A stretch of DNA of 64,000 bases, from NCBI GenBank assembly GCA_951406725.2, contig OX597835.1, forward strand, positions 33,976,001-34,040,000, in the 5' to 3' direction. A program made the position numbers and the translations under genes. The notes under the pieces were generated by a model, which was given only the letters and a program-made list of their open reading frames with translations, was not told the origin of the DNA and ran no database searches. The number at the start of each line of letters is the position of its first letter. Position 1 is the first letter of the stretch. Positions 39,620 to 53,420 of the stretch are shown one piece after another. This DNA is from Octopus vulgaris (Eukaryota).

Positions 39620-39830
39620 TACTCTTTACTCTTTTGTTTCAGTCATTTGACTGTGGCCATGCTAGAGCACCACCTTTAGTTGAGCAGATTGACCCCGGGA
39701 CTTATTCTTTTGATGCCTAGTACTTATTCTATCGGTCTCTTTTGCCGAACCGCTAAGTTACAGGTATGTAAACACATCACCATCGGTTGTCAAGCAATGT
39801 TGGGGGACAAACACAGACACACAAACATAT

Positions 39831-39883
<53 letters not shown>

Positions 39884-39995
39884 CATACGATGGGCTTCTT
39901 TGAGTTTCCGACCAAGGCTTTGGTCGGCCTGAGGACTGAGCCTAGAACCATGTGGTTTGTAAGCAAGCTACTTACCACACAGCCACTCCTACGCC
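39620..39995 (-). mobile_element. SINE family A with internal deletions
   Basis: Reverse complement match. Confidence 0.85.
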
Positions 39996-40185
39996 TATAC
40001 ATGCACATTAGTATAAATGATACAAGTTTATTAGTTAATGTACTGTGGAAGGTACCAGCAAACTAATCTGGTGGCTGTGTTAATTTGAAGTTTCTTCTCA
40101 TAAATTAGTGCAAACTATAAAAGGTTTAAACCATCAGTGTCTGATAACTTGGTGTTGTATTAATATTACAACGCAACGTTTTCAA

Positions 40186-40637
40186 GGTGGCAAGCTGACA
40201 GAAACCTTAGCACATCAGGTGAAATACTTAATGGCATTAATGGCAGTGAGCTGGCAGAACCGTTTGCACTCCGGGAGAAATGCGTAGCCATATTTCATCT
40301 GCCGTTACATTCTGAGTTCAAATTCCGCCGAGGTTGACTTTGCTTTTCATCCTTTTGGGCTCGATTAAATAAGTACCAGTTATGCACCGGGGTCGATATA
40401 ATCCGTTTGTCCTCTCTGTGTTTAGCCCCTTGTGGGTAGTAAAGAAATAGGTATTTCGTCTGTCTTTACATTCAGAGGTTGACTATCTTCATCTGTCTAT
40501 GCATTCTGAGGTCGACTATGCCTTTCATCCTTTCGGGGTCGATAAATTAAGTACCAGTTGCATACTGGGGTCGATCTAATCGACTGGACTCCCCCTCCCC
40601 AAAAATTTCGGCCCTTGTGCTTAGAAAAGAAAAGAAT
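40186..40637 (+). mobile_element. Nested SINE C: Tx1-tailed copy (about 40239-40449) inside a non-Tx1-tailed copy
   Basis: Host head 40186-40238, insert, host resumes GGTATTTCGTCTG at 40450. Confidence 0.85.
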
Positions 40638-41274
40638 ATCACTACATGTTTTCAAATTTCATCTCAGGGCCACTTTTCAATATCTTCAATTTTTGTTCTA
40701 ACCGATTTCGTATTTGGTGCCTTTGTGTAGTTATGTAAAGCTATCATTGACATGAAATACATTTTCACCATAAATAAAGATTTAATGGTTCTTAAAGTAT
40801 GCAAATTTAGGGTCATTTTACACAATCGAAAGCCACAGACATACAGGTGCCGGTTTTCATAGTAACAAGCCAAGCTTTTTGCCAAGCAGCTTACTACATG
40901 TTCTTTCTGTCGTTTCTTAAATGCTTAAAACACGTGGTATGAGATCTGCTAAAAATAACAGCTAAATCAGCCTTAATGATGCACGAAGATTTTGCTTTTC
41001 CATAACCATATGAATTCTCATGTGCAGAAAACAAATTCGCAAAAAAATTTCTGAAAATTGTAATGAGGGATTATATGGCGTGCATAAAGCAGAATTCCAA
41101 TATCTGTTTTGTTTACAGTTGACAACACATGCAGTCATGCAAAAAATGACAGCTTCCAAATCCTGTTTTCTGACTAAGTAAAAAAAATTATCAAACTTTG
41201 AACCTCTGTAACTTTTATTTAAAAAATCTTCTGGAAAAAGTGAATCACCTCCCGAGATTCAGTGTGGTAAATTA

Positions 41275-41839
41275 TTGGGTTGTCCGGAAAGTTCGTGCCG
41301 ATTTTTAAAGGAAAAAAAAGGTCAATAAATAATTGCCATCACATTTTCAATCAACCAAATATGAACCATTTTGTTGCACAATGCGTCTCCATCTTTCCTT
41401 TAGCTTGAAAATACCCTCTTCCCTGAATTGGGGTGGTTTCATGTCAAAGAATTCATCAAGGTATCTTTTTACGTCATCCAAAGAATTGAAATTTTTACCA
41501 TTAAGACTATTCTGTAAAGACCTGAATAAGTGGAAATCCAAAGGAGCAATATCTGGTGAATATGGAGGGTGGTATAACACATCCCAGCCGAGCTGCAGCA
41601 ATTTTTGCCTAGTTCCCAAAGCATCAAGTGCCGAATATGAACTTTCTTATCTTCCATTTTAAAGGGTTACAGAATTAACACAGGTTATAGGAATATAAAT
41701 CTTCTTCCACGAAAAGATAGCTTAAACTGTGCTCTAAATGGAGGTGTAGTCAAATCCTATTTTATGGACTCAACCATGTTCTAAAATAAGTCGAAAGGTA
41801 AGCTACTATAAATCGGCACGAACTTTCCGGACAACCCAA
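41275..41839 (-). mobile_element. Internally deleted mariner element
   Basis: Perfect TIR TTGGGTTGTCCGGAAAGTTCGTGCCGATTT, TA flanks; N-terminus MEDKKVHIRH joined to the HPPYSPDIAPLDFHLFRSL C-terminus. Confidence 0.93.
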
Positions 41840-41894
41840 TACATCAATACACCAAATTTTAAAATTTTCACTGAACAGAAAGATACTTAAACTG

Positions 41895-42032
41895 GTATTT
41901 ATTTTATCGACCCCCGAAAGGATAAAAGACAAAGTCGATCTTGGCGGAATTTGAAATCAGAACACAAAGGCAGATGAAATACTGCGAAGCATTTTACTCG
42001 ATACGCTAACGATTCTGCCAGCACACCACCTT
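41895..42032 (-). mobile_element. SINE family C, partial
   Basis: Reverse complement GGTGGTGTGCTGGCAGAATCGTTAGCG...TTCAAATTCCGCC. Confidence 0.8.
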
Positions 42033-42309
42033 ATTTCGTTTCTGTAAATTGACTTTGTCTGTGATCTGACGTCTGCAGCGATGGGCAAACTGTAGCATCA
42101 GGTCTGTGATGCGACAACCATAGCGTTAAGTGATTGTTGTGTCATATTTGTAATTAGATATCTTTCGGGCGAAGTAATTTGTCAGTTGTCAATGATGATA
42201 CCTCTGTAGTATCTGTATAAAAGATTATCGAATAATACTGCGTTATTAGCCTTACAAATCTCCTCAAATCGGCTCTTGGTGCATACTTTTGTATACATAT
42301 AGATCATGA

Positions 42310-42545
42310 AGGTGCGTAGCTTAGTGGTTAGGAGTATTGGGCCTACGATCGTAAGGTCATGAGTTCAGTTACCGGCGACGCATTGTGTCCTTGAGCAAGG
42401 CACTTAATTTTTCATGTTGCTCAGCTGGTAAAAATGAGTAGTGCCTGTATTCAAAGGGGCCAGCCTTGTCATGTTCTGTGTCACGCTGAATCGCCCAGAA
42501 AACTACGAAGGTTCGCGTGTCTGTGGAGTGCTCTTACACCTTGCC
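42310..42545 (+). mobile_element. tRNA-derived SINE family E
   Basis: TAGCTTAGTGG A box, GAGTTCAGTTAC B-box-like, GTGTCCTTGAGCAAGGCACTT central motif. Confidence 0.75.
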
Positions 42546-43835
42546 TGTCTGGAAGTCAAAGTCCCAGAGGATTTTTGCTGTAACATTTTCATCCATTACC
42601 TTTTTCCGGTGTATGTTGAGACCAAGCACTTGTTACCTTGTACCCATACTTCCAACATAGTAGCCAGTGGAGGTTTGGGGGCTATCTTGTCGTGTCTGTG
42701 CTTGTACTCTTTCTACACAAGACTTTCACAAGCAATAACAATGAGTCACGCTTCCGATCCTCTTCCACACATTCTGCAGAGGTTCGTTGCACTTGTGTGG
42801 TATATATCCTTTTTCACTGAGTTGGTATTCAATGCCTGATCTTGCGTAGGTATGAGCAGACTTTCAGTCTTCTTTCTGAGGTCACCTTTGCTGAGCCAGC
42901 TCCATGATGCTTCCTGATCTTATAAATTGTTAGTTTCACGGTGGAACTGACCATGTAATTCCATGCGGGGTAGGGTTTCTTCTCTCTCGTTGGCTATTCG
43001 TAATCGGAATTCATGAGCACTCTCAAATCAATTTTGAGTAAATCCTTCTGCATTAGAAGCATATTTAACAGGTCTATTTTGCCATGTTTCTTCTTTCACT
43101 GTTGATGCACTCCCTTACGCTAATCAGCCCACGTCCACCCTTACACCTCTTCATATAGAACCTGTATACGTTCGCCTTACGGTGGAGGGTGCCATACATT
43201 GTCATTGTCTTCCGGGTAGTGCGATCGAGTTGGTCAATCTCCGCTTGTGTTCATTTCAAGATGGGTGCACTATAGCGGACTACAGCAACAGCCCATATGT
43301 TGACGGCAGTTACAAGATTCCTTGATTCGAGCTTCGATTTCAAGAGAAGTTTGAGGCGCTTCAAATATGCAACGATGACCTTGTCTTTCATTTCTCTGTG
43401 CAAGATATTGTCCAGCTCCAGGATCCCAAGCTACTTGTACCCTACCCATCATTATCCAGGTCTTCCATTCTCTCTCCGTTTGGCAATTCTATGGCCCTAA
43501 CATCTGCTCTTTTCCACCAGGCTCTGTTTTTGCAAACAGTCTTAAATCATCCACGAAGAGAAGGTGATCGAGACGAGGTCCATTCTTTCTCAGTTCATAG
43601 AGCACGTTAACTTTACGCAGGACTACAGAAAGTGGGATCAAGGCTATAGCAAATAATAAAGGTGAACAAGAGTCTCCCTAGAAGATATCTCTTTTTGATT
43701 GTTATCTCAGCTAAATGCTAGTTGTTACAGAAAAGAAGTGTTTTCCAACTAGGCTTGCTGTTCTTTATTGGTTCACACACTTTCTCAACTATTCCACACA
43801 TGTGTTTCCAAAATCCATGAATACGACATGTCGTA
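42546..43835 (-). pseudogene. Old R4/Dong-like RT fragment
   Basis: Decayed motifs on the minus strand: GDS.SPLLFAIALIPLS, FVDDLRLFAK, YK.LGI, YKHRHDK. Confidence 0.7.
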
Positions 43836-43866
43836 AGCTTTATTATTATTATTATTATTATTGTTA

Positions 43867-43899
<33 letters not shown>

Positions 43900-43902
<3 letters not shown>

Positions 43903-45243
43903 TATGTTTGACTTTTGCTTTATATTTGTACAAGTTGGCTCCAAGTCTCACTCAGAGACCTCAAGAGACAACAGGGTTGGAAGTTCATGTTGTTGTTATG
44001 CCTAGTGTGCCATATATTTGGGGGGTCGGGATGTTGTACTAATGAATGTCTAAAAAAAAAGGTTTTTTTTTTTTTTTTTTTTTAAAACCGAAAATTATGT
44101 TTGTTTTAAACCTTGAGATTACATAGAGAGTATTTTGCGTAGGATATGAGCAGTTCCCATGAGCACTATCTTTTGAACTTCTGCCATTTTTGGGTTTCCT
44201 GGTATCTGAGTTAGGTAGCTATCAGCCCCTTTTGCTATCATTCCCAGGGCACCTATGACAACAGGTATTGTTTTAGTCTTCAGCTTCCACATTTTGCTGA
44301 TTTCTATTTCAAGATCTTTATATTTGCTCAGTTTTTGGTAGGTCTTGACAGATACGTTTATATCGATTGGGACAGTCATATCAATGAGGAGGCATGTTCT
44401 TTGTTTGAAGTCTTTCAATATGATGTCTGGCCTATTTGCATCTATCTTCCTGTCAGTTTGAATGATGAAGTTCCAGAGGAGTGAGATGTGGTCATTTTCA
44501 AGCACTGGGGGTGGTTTGTGTTCCCACCAGTTTTTTTCATGGGTCAAATCCAGGTTTTTACAGATTACCCAGTGAATATATTGTGCAGCTCTATCGTGCC
44601 TGTTGAGATACTCTGTAAGCGCTAGAAGACTGCACTTGGAGACCACATGGTCAATGGTTTCATTTTGTTGCTTGCATACACGACACGTTGGACTGCTTCT
44701 GATATTTAATATGTTGGCCTGGTAGTTTCTTGTTGGTAGGCATTGATCTTGAGCTGCTATGATAAACCCCTCTGTTTCAGATTTTAAGCCAGAGGCCATT
44801 AGCCATTGATGGGTCAGGGCTTTGTCGATATCTGCATTATTCGCTCTCTTTGGGTATTTGCCATAGAGAGGTTTTTCTTGCCATTTATTATTCAGAATAT
44901 CTAAGGCCGCAGTTTTGGCACGGGTTTTCATGCGCCTAGCTTTTTCTGTGCTTGTTTCTTGTATATCTATCTCTAATTCCGAAATTGGTTGTATTCGGAA
45001 TTCACTTAGATATTTCTTTGCCTGTTTTGTGACTGAGTATGATGCTTTCTTGTTTTCATGTTTTGAGACAAGTTTTAACATCCAGTCCTCAGAGTTTTTC
45101 AGGTAGGTGTCTAGGCCAATTGTAGCAATCTTCATTGTTATTGCCAGTTGCAAAAGACCACGGCCTCCCTCTTTTCTTGGCAGATAGAGTCGTTCTGTAT
45201 CTGCCTTAGGGTGGTGCATTCTATGCATTGTCAACAGTTTCCT
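43900..45243 (-). mobile_element. 5'-truncated R4/Dong-clade retrotransposon in (TAA)n
   Basis: Flanked on both sides by TAA repeats; 3'UTR shared with 55917-56115. Confidence 0.9.
44119..45234 (-). CDS. C-terminal part of R4/Dong ORF: CCHC finger + restriction-like endonuclease
   Basis: LYLPRKEGGRGL, CRVC..ETIDHVVSKC, RHD, RPDI...LID, K..KYKDL. Confidence 0.88.
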   Translation of the reverse strand: MTMHRMHHPKADTERLYLPRKEGGRGLLQLAITMKIATIGLDTYLKNSEDWMLKLVSKHENKKASYSVTKQAKKYLSEFRIQPISELEIDIQETSTEKARRMKTRAKTAALDILNNKWQEKPLYGKYPKRANNADIDKALTHQWLMASGLKSETEGFIIAAQDQCLPTRNYQANILNIRSSPTCRVCKQQNETIDHVVSKCSLLALTEYLNRHDRAAQYIHWVICKNLDLTHEKNWWEHKPPPVLENDHISLLWNFIIQTDRKIDANRPDIILKDFKQRTCLLIDMTVPIDINVSVKTYQKLSKYKDLEIEISKMWKLKTKTIPVVIGALGMIAKGADSYLTQIPGNPKMAEVQKIVLMGTAHILRKILSM

Positions 45244-45280
45244 TATTTTTTATTATTATTATTATTATTATTATCATTAT

Positions 45281-45362
<82 letters not shown>

Positions 45363-45364
45363 TG

Positions 45365-46015
45365 TAGTGAGTGAGAAAGCAGCGCATGCCATCAGTATCA
45401 CTAGGGTACGAAATACAAAACCCAGTAGGAGCACTCTATCGGTTGCGACGACGAGGGTACCAGCTGATATGATCAACGGAACAGTGGACTGGAGCAACAT
45501 GAAATAATGTGTCTTGCTCCAGGACACAACGCGTCGCCGGGAATCGAACTCACGACCTTACAATCGTGGGCCAAATACCCTAACCACTAAGCCACGTTAT
45601 ACCCACCATAACTACCTCTCTGATAAGGATGCACCAGGCACATGCATCACAACCATATCTGCGCCTCATGGTGATCTCATATTAAGGTAAACAGTGCATG
45701 ACTTTGCAGGTAGGATCCAGTTAGAATTTTCTTCTGGTCAAGTAGCGCCACCCACTGAAAAGATCCTTGAATAAGGGTTGTCTAAGGACGATTAATGAAA
45801 CATCCATGATTCCAGAGATAAATTATTCAAACCCCACAGAATCCCTCTCAATACATGACTATGATGCTCCCCCACTACTTCTGCTTGTGATCAGCGATGC
45901 ACTTACCGTCATGCTCAACTGGTGAAGGTCAAACAAATGACAAGCAACTCTGTGGTATTGAGCAGAATATTTATTGCAGCCCATCTTCTATACCAAAACA
46001 AAACATATACATGAT
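45365..46015 (-). mobile_element. Family D element interrupted by a family E SINE (about 45428-45597)
   Basis: Matches 22787-23348; the insert has minus-strand TGGCTTAGTGG and GAGTTCGATTCCC. Confidence 0.8.
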
Positions 46016-46174
46016 GATGATGATAATAATTATCATCATCATCATCATCATCATTATTATCATCATCATCATCATCATCATCATTTTTATTATTATCATC
46101 ATCACCATCATCATCATTACCACCACCATCATCATCATCATCATCATCATCATCATTATTATTATTATTATTGA

Positions 46175-46240
<66 letters not shown>
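46016..46240. repeat. (CAT)n/(ATT)n tract
   Basis: Direct reading. Confidence 0.95.
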
Positions 46241-46849
46241 ATATTGCTGTTTTATCCCAAATATTGATGTTGCTTTTGTTTTGTTTTTCTTTTTTTTCTG
46301 TAACAAGTGATCTCCAGATTGACTTCCTATCTCAAACTTAAACAGTTTTATCTTAATGGTTATTTTTATTCCTCTTCTTCTTGTTATGAATACCGTTGTT
46401 TATGCAATTTTTTAAAATTTTTGTTTATGCTTTCGCCATAATTGTTGTTGTTGTTGCTTTTCTTGATCGTTAATTTTTTTCTTTCCTTTACATTTATTTA
46501 TTTATTTATTTATATATTTATTCTTTGTGTATCTATATGAGAGTTGAGTTATTCCAGAAACAACCATTAAGCCGCCCCACCCCCTCTTTCGCTCACCACC
46601 ATCTTCCTTCTCTGTATTCTCCTCCATCTTCTCATTTGCCATCTTGGACTCTATTAAAGAAAAACATTATACATTATCATCACTGTCGTGTCCCACCTCC
46701 ACCGCCTAAACCACCGCCCTCACCAACACCGACACCACCACCAACATCACAACCACAAACACCACCACCACCACCACCACCATCTCCATCACTATCATCA
46801 CCAGCACAGTCATCACCACTAACATCATCATCGTCGTCGTTGTCGTTGT

Positions 46850-49800
46850 TATCATCATCATCATCATCATCTTCGCCACCATCATCACCATCATCATCAT
46901 CTTCGCCACCATCATCACCATCATCATCTTCTTCGCCATCATCATCACCATCATCATCATCTTCGCCACCATCATCATCATCTTCGCCAACCATCATCAC
47001 CATCATCATCATCATCGTCACCATCATCACCATCATCATCATCATCGTCACCATCATCACCATCATCATCATCTTCGCCATCATCATCACCATCATCATC
47101 ATCTTCGCCACCATCATCACCATCATCATCATCTTCGCCACCATCATCACCATCATCATCTTCTTCGCCATCATCATCACCATCATCATCATCTTCGCCA
47201 CCATCATCACCATCATCATCTTCGCCACCAACATCACCATCATCATCATCTTCGCCACCATCATCACCATCATCATCATCTTCGCCACCATCATCACCAT
47301 CATCATCATCTTCGCCACCAACATCACCATCATCATCATCTTCGCCACCATCATCACCATCATCATCATCTTCGCCACCATCATCACCATCATCATCATC
47401 TTCGCCACCAACATCACCATCATCATCATCTTCGCCACCATCATCACCATCATCATCATCTTCGCCACCAACATCACCATCATCATCATCTTCTCCACCA
47501 TCATCACCATCATAATCAACTTCGCCACCATCATCACAATCATCTTCATCTTCGCCACCATCATCACCATCATCATCATCTTCGCAACCATCATCATCAT
47601 CATCGTCACCATCATCACCATCATCATCATCACCACCAACATCCCCATCATCATCATCATCGTCACCATCATCACCATCATCATCATCGCCACCAACATC
47701 CCCATCATCATCATCTTCGCCACCATCATCACCATCATCATCATCGCCACCATCATCACCATCATCATCATCTTCGCCACCATCATCACCATCATCATCA
47801 ACTTCGCCATCATCATCAACTTCGCCACCATCATCACAATCATCTTCATCTTCGCCACCATCATCACCATCATCATCATCTTCGCCACCATCATCATCAT
47901 CATCGTCACCATCATCACCATCATCATCATCGCCACCAACATCCCCATCATCATCATCATCGTCACCATCATCACCATCATCATCATCGCCACCAACATC
48001 CCCATCATCATCATCTTCGCCACCATCATCACCATCATCACCATCATCATCATCGCCACCATCATCACCATCATCATCATCTTCGCCATCACCATCATCA
48101 TCATCTTCGCCACCAACATCACCATCATCATCATCTTCGCCACCATCATCACCATCATCATCATCATCGCCACCATCATCACCATCATCATCTTCTTCGC
48201 GACCATCATCACCATCATCATCATCTTCGCCACCATCATCATCATCTTCGACAACCATCATCACCATCATCATCATCATCGTCACCATCATCACCATCAT
48301 CATCATCGCCACCAACATCCCCATCATCATCATCTTCGCCACCAACATCACCATCATCATCATCTTCGCCACCATCATCACCATCATCATCATCTTCGCC
48401 ACCATCATCACCATCATCATCTTCTTCGCCACCATCATCACCATCATCATCATCTTCGCCACCATCATCACCATCATCTTCATCTTCGCCACCATCATCA
48501 CCATCATCATCATCTTCGCCACCATCACCATCATCATCGTCACCATCAACACCATCATCATCATCGCCACCAACATCCCCATCATCATCATCATCGTCAC
48601 CATCATCACCATCATCATCATCGCCACCAACATCCCCATCATCATCATCTTCGCCACCATCATCACCATCATCATCATCTTCGCCACCATCATCACCATC
48701 ATCATCATCTTCGCCACCATCATCACCATCATCATCATCTTCGCCACCATCATCACCATCATCATCATCTTCGCCACCATCATCACCATCATCATCATCT
48801 TCGCCACCATCATCACTATCATCTTCATCTTCGCCACCATCATCACCATCATCATCATCTTCGCCACCATCATCACCATCATCTTCATCTTCGCCACCAT
48901 CATCACCATCATCATCATCTTCGCCACCATCATCACCATCATCATCATCTTCGCCACCATCATCACTATCATCTTCATCTTCGCCACCATCATCACCATC
49001 ATCATCATCTTCGCCACCATCATCACCATCATCATCTTCGCCACCAACATCACCATCATCATCATCTTCGCCACCATCATCACCATCATCATCATCTTCG
49101 CCACCATCATCACCATCATCATCATCTTCGCCACCATCATCACGATCATCTTCATCTTCGCCACCATCATCACCATCATCATCATCTTCGCCACCATCAT
49201 CACCATCATCATCATCTTCGCCACCATCATCACCATCATCATCATCTTCGCCACCATCATCACCATCATCATCATCATCGTCACCATCATCACTATCATC
49301 TTCATCTTCGCCACCATCATCACCATCATCTTCATCTTCGCCACCATCATCACTATCATCTTCATCTTCGCCACCATCATCACCATCATCATCATCTTCG
49401 CCACCATCATCACCATCATCATCATCTTCGCCACCATCATCACCATCATCATCATCTTCGCCACCATCATCACTATCATCTTCATCTTCGCCACCATCAT
49501 CACCATCATCATCATCTTCGCCACCATCATCACCATCATCATCATCTTCGCCACCATCATCACCATCATCATCATCTTCGCCACCATCATCACCATCATC
49601 ATCTTCGCCACCAGCATCACCATCATCATCATCTTCGCCACCATCATCACCATCATCATCATCTTCGCCACCATCATCACCATCATCATCATCTTCGCCA
49701 CCATCATCACTATCATCTTCATCTTCGCCACCATCATCACCATCATCATCATCTTCGCCACCATCTTCACCATCATCATCATCTTCGCCACCATCATCAC

Positions 49801-52235
49801 CATCATCATCATCTTCGCCACCATCATCACCATCATCATCATCATCGTCACCATCATCACTATCATCTTCATCTTCGCCACCATCATCACCATCATCATC
49901 ATCTTCGCCACCATCATCACCATCATCATCTTCGCCACCATCATCACCATCATCATCATCTTCGCCACCATCATCACCATCATCATCATCTTCGCCACCA
50001 TCATCACCATCATCATCATCTTCGCCACCATCATCACTATCATCTTCATCTTCGCCACCATCATCACCATCATCATCATCTTCGCCACCATCATCACCAT
50101 CATCATCATCTTCGCCACCATCATCACCATCATCATCATCTTCGCCACCATCATCACCATCATCATCATCATCGCCACCAACATCCCCATCATCATCATC
50201 TTCGCCACCATCATCACCATCATCATCATCTTCGCCACAAACATCACCATCATCTTCATCTTCGCCATCATCACCATCATCATCATCATCGCCACCATCA
50301 TCATCATCATCATCATCTTCGCCACCATCATCACCATCATCATCATCTTCGCCATCATCACCATCATCATCATCATCGCCATCATCATCACCATCATCTT
50401 CATCTTCGCCACCATTATCACCATCATCATCATCTTCGCCACCATCATCATCATCATCGTCACCATCATCACCATCATCATCATCTTCCCCACGATCATC
50501 ACTATCATCTTCATCTTCGCCACCATCATCACCATCATCATCATCTTCGCCACCATCATCACCATCATCATCATCTTCGCCACCATCATCACCATCATCA
50601 TCATCTTCGCCACCATCATCACCATCATCATCATCATCGCCACCAACATCCCCATCATCATCATCTTCGCCACCATCATCACCATCATCATCATCTTCGC
50701 CACAAACATCACCATCATCATCATCTTCGCCATCATCACCATCATCATCATCATCGCCACCATCATCACCATCATCATCATCTTCGCCACCATCATCACC
50801 ATCATCATCATCTTCGCCACCATCATCACCATCATCATCATCTTCGCCACCATCATCACCATCATCATCATCTTCGCCATCATCACCATCATCATCATCA
50901 TCGCCACCATCATCACCATCATCTTCATCTTCGCCACCATTATCACCATCATCATCATCTTCGCCACCATCATCATCATCATCGTCATCATCATCACCAT
51001 CATCATCATCGCCACCAACATCCCCACCATCATCATCATCGCCACCAACATCCCCACCATCATCATCTTCGCCACCATCATCACCATCATCATCATCTTC
51101 GCCACCATCATCATCATCATCGTCACCATCATCACCATCATCATCATCGCCACCAACATCCCCATCATCATCATCTTCGCCACCATCATCACCATCATCA
51201 TCATCTTCGCCACCATCATCACCATCATCATCATCTTCGCCACCATCATCACCATCATCATCATCACCGCCACCATCATCACCATCATCTTCATCTTCGC
51301 CACCATCATCACCATCATCATCATCTTCGCCACCATCATCACCATCATCATCATCTTCGCCATCATCACCATCATCATCATCATCGCCACCATCATCACC
51401 ATCATCTTCATCTTCGCCACCATCATCACCATCATCATCATCTTCGCCACCATCATCATCATCATCGTCACCATCATCACCATCATCATCATCGCCACCA
51501 ACATCCCCACCATCATCATCATCGCCACCAACATCCCCACCATCATCATCATCGTCACCATCATCACCATCATCATCTTCGCCACCATCATCATCATCAT
51601 CGCCACCATCATCACCATCATCATCATCTTCGCCATCATCACCATCATCATCATCATCGCCACCATCATCACCATCATCTTCATCTTCGCCACCATTATC
51701 ACCATCATCATCATCTTCGCCACCATCATCATCATCATCGTCACCATCATCACCATCATCATCATCGCCACCAACATCCCCACCATCATCATCATCGCCA
51801 CCAACATCCCCACCATCATCATCATCGTCACCATCATCACCATCATCATCATCTTCGCCACCATCATCATCATTATCGTCACCATCATCTCCATCATCAT
51901 CATCGCCACCAACATCCCCATCATCATCTTCGCCACCAACATCACCATCATCATCATTTTCGCCACCATCATCACCATCATCATCATCTTCGCCACCATC
52001 ATCACCATCATCATCATCTTCGCCACCATCATCACCATCATCATCTTCTTCGCCACCAACATCACCATCATCATCATCTTCGCCACCATCATCACCATCA
52101 TCATCCTCTTCGCCACCATCATCACCATCATCATCATCTTCGCCACCATCATCACCATCATCATTTTCTTCGCCACCATCATCACCATCATCACCATCAT
52201 CATCATTGCCACCAACATCACCATCGCCAGCATCA
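46850..52235. repeat. 30-bp minisatellite TTCGCCACCATCATCACCATCATCATCATC, derived from (ATC)n
   Basis: Exact 30-bp periodicity visible (e.g. 47281-47490); variants differ mostly by whole triplets. Confidence 0.97.
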
Positions 52236-52609
52236 GCACGAATCAACTCCATCATTGTTGTTATCCTCTCATCATTATCTCCATCTCTGTTTATTTGCAA
52301 AATGTGTGTGTGTGTGTGCATGTGTGCGTGCACATGCGTTTGTGTGCGTGCTCGCGTGTATCGTTATATATAGACAGATCTGAAATCACATACGCACACA
52401 CATATCTGTATTCATACGCCTATACACAGACACACCTAGGATCTTGTCAAATTTCTTCCAGTCACTTCAAGTTTTTCAAATTTTCACCAGATTATTTTCA
52501 AAAGAAAATGTAATTCTTGTGCAGTTCTGCATGCTGATGGCAACACGAAAATTGCAGCAAGGCTGCGTGATACTGCCAGACGTGGCATCATAAGACTGGT
52601 TTGAGATTG

Positions 52610-52916
52610 CGTTTTTTATTCTTCTTCACTTTTGTCTTTGATTTGCAAGATTCTTTATGTGAATTCGTGTGTTGAAACAAATTTGTTTAGAGAATCCTTG
52701 GATCCTATAAAAGAGCTGTTGTGCTAGCAGACCACGAAACACGGTTGTAATTCCTCCTGTATCTGCAGAGTATCATTATGCCTATATTATTAACACACGA
52801 ACTGGTTTAATTCCCCACTCCTTTATTATTAGTTACCTGGTTAAAATCCAAATAACTTATCGATTGTTAGTCATTGAAAAGGTTGCAGGAAGCAGCGAAA
52901 GAGCTTTGACAAACAA
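52610..52916. mobile_element. Diverged member of the 11950-12255 family
   Basis: Shared TTTGCAAGATTCTTTATGTGAATTCGTGTGTTGAA and the same hammerhead stem II. Confidence 0.6.
52864..52916 (+). ncRNA. Type I hammerhead candidate (U3-A8 core)
   Basis: TTGTT-A-GTCA-TTGAAAA-G-GTTGC aggaa GCAGC-GAAA-GAGC-TT-TGAC-A-AACAA. Confidence 0.6.
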
Positions 52917-52939
52917 AAACAAAACAAATTAAACAATCG

Positions 52940-53108
52940 CGCAGGTGTGGCTGTGTGGTAAGTAGCTTGCTTACCAGCCACATGGTCACGGGTTCAGTCC
53001 CACTGCGTGGCACCTTGGTCAAGTGTCTTCTACTATAGCCTCGGGCCGACCAAAGCCTTGTGAGTGGATTTGGTAGACAGAAACTGAAAGAAGCCCGTCG
53101 TATATATG

Positions 53109-53147
<39 letters not shown>

Positions 53148-53372
53148 GTGTGTGTGTTTGTGTGTCTGTGTTTGTCCTCCCTCAACATCGCTTGACAACC
53201 GATGCTGGTGTGTTTACGTCCCGTTACTTAGAGCTTCAGCAAAAAGAAACCGATAGAATAAGTACTAGGCTTACAAAGAATAACTCCTGGGGTCGATTTG
53301 CTCCACTAAAAGGCGGTGCTCCAGCATGGCCACAGTCAAATGACTGAAACAAGTAAAAGGGAAAAGAGAGAG
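52940..53372 (+). mobile_element. SINE family A, full length
   Basis: A and B boxes, body and tail as at 37430. Confidence 0.92.
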
Positions 53373-53420
53373 TAACCAACAACGGCCAGAGTTGAATTAT
53401 CCAAACGATGGTTGAAGATA

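Noticed and set aside
46525-52383. 1952-aa, 1753-aa and 1363-aa ORFs
   Set aside because: Read-through of a stop-free triplet minisatellite on both strands; no domain, and starts lie in unrelated or microsatellite sequence
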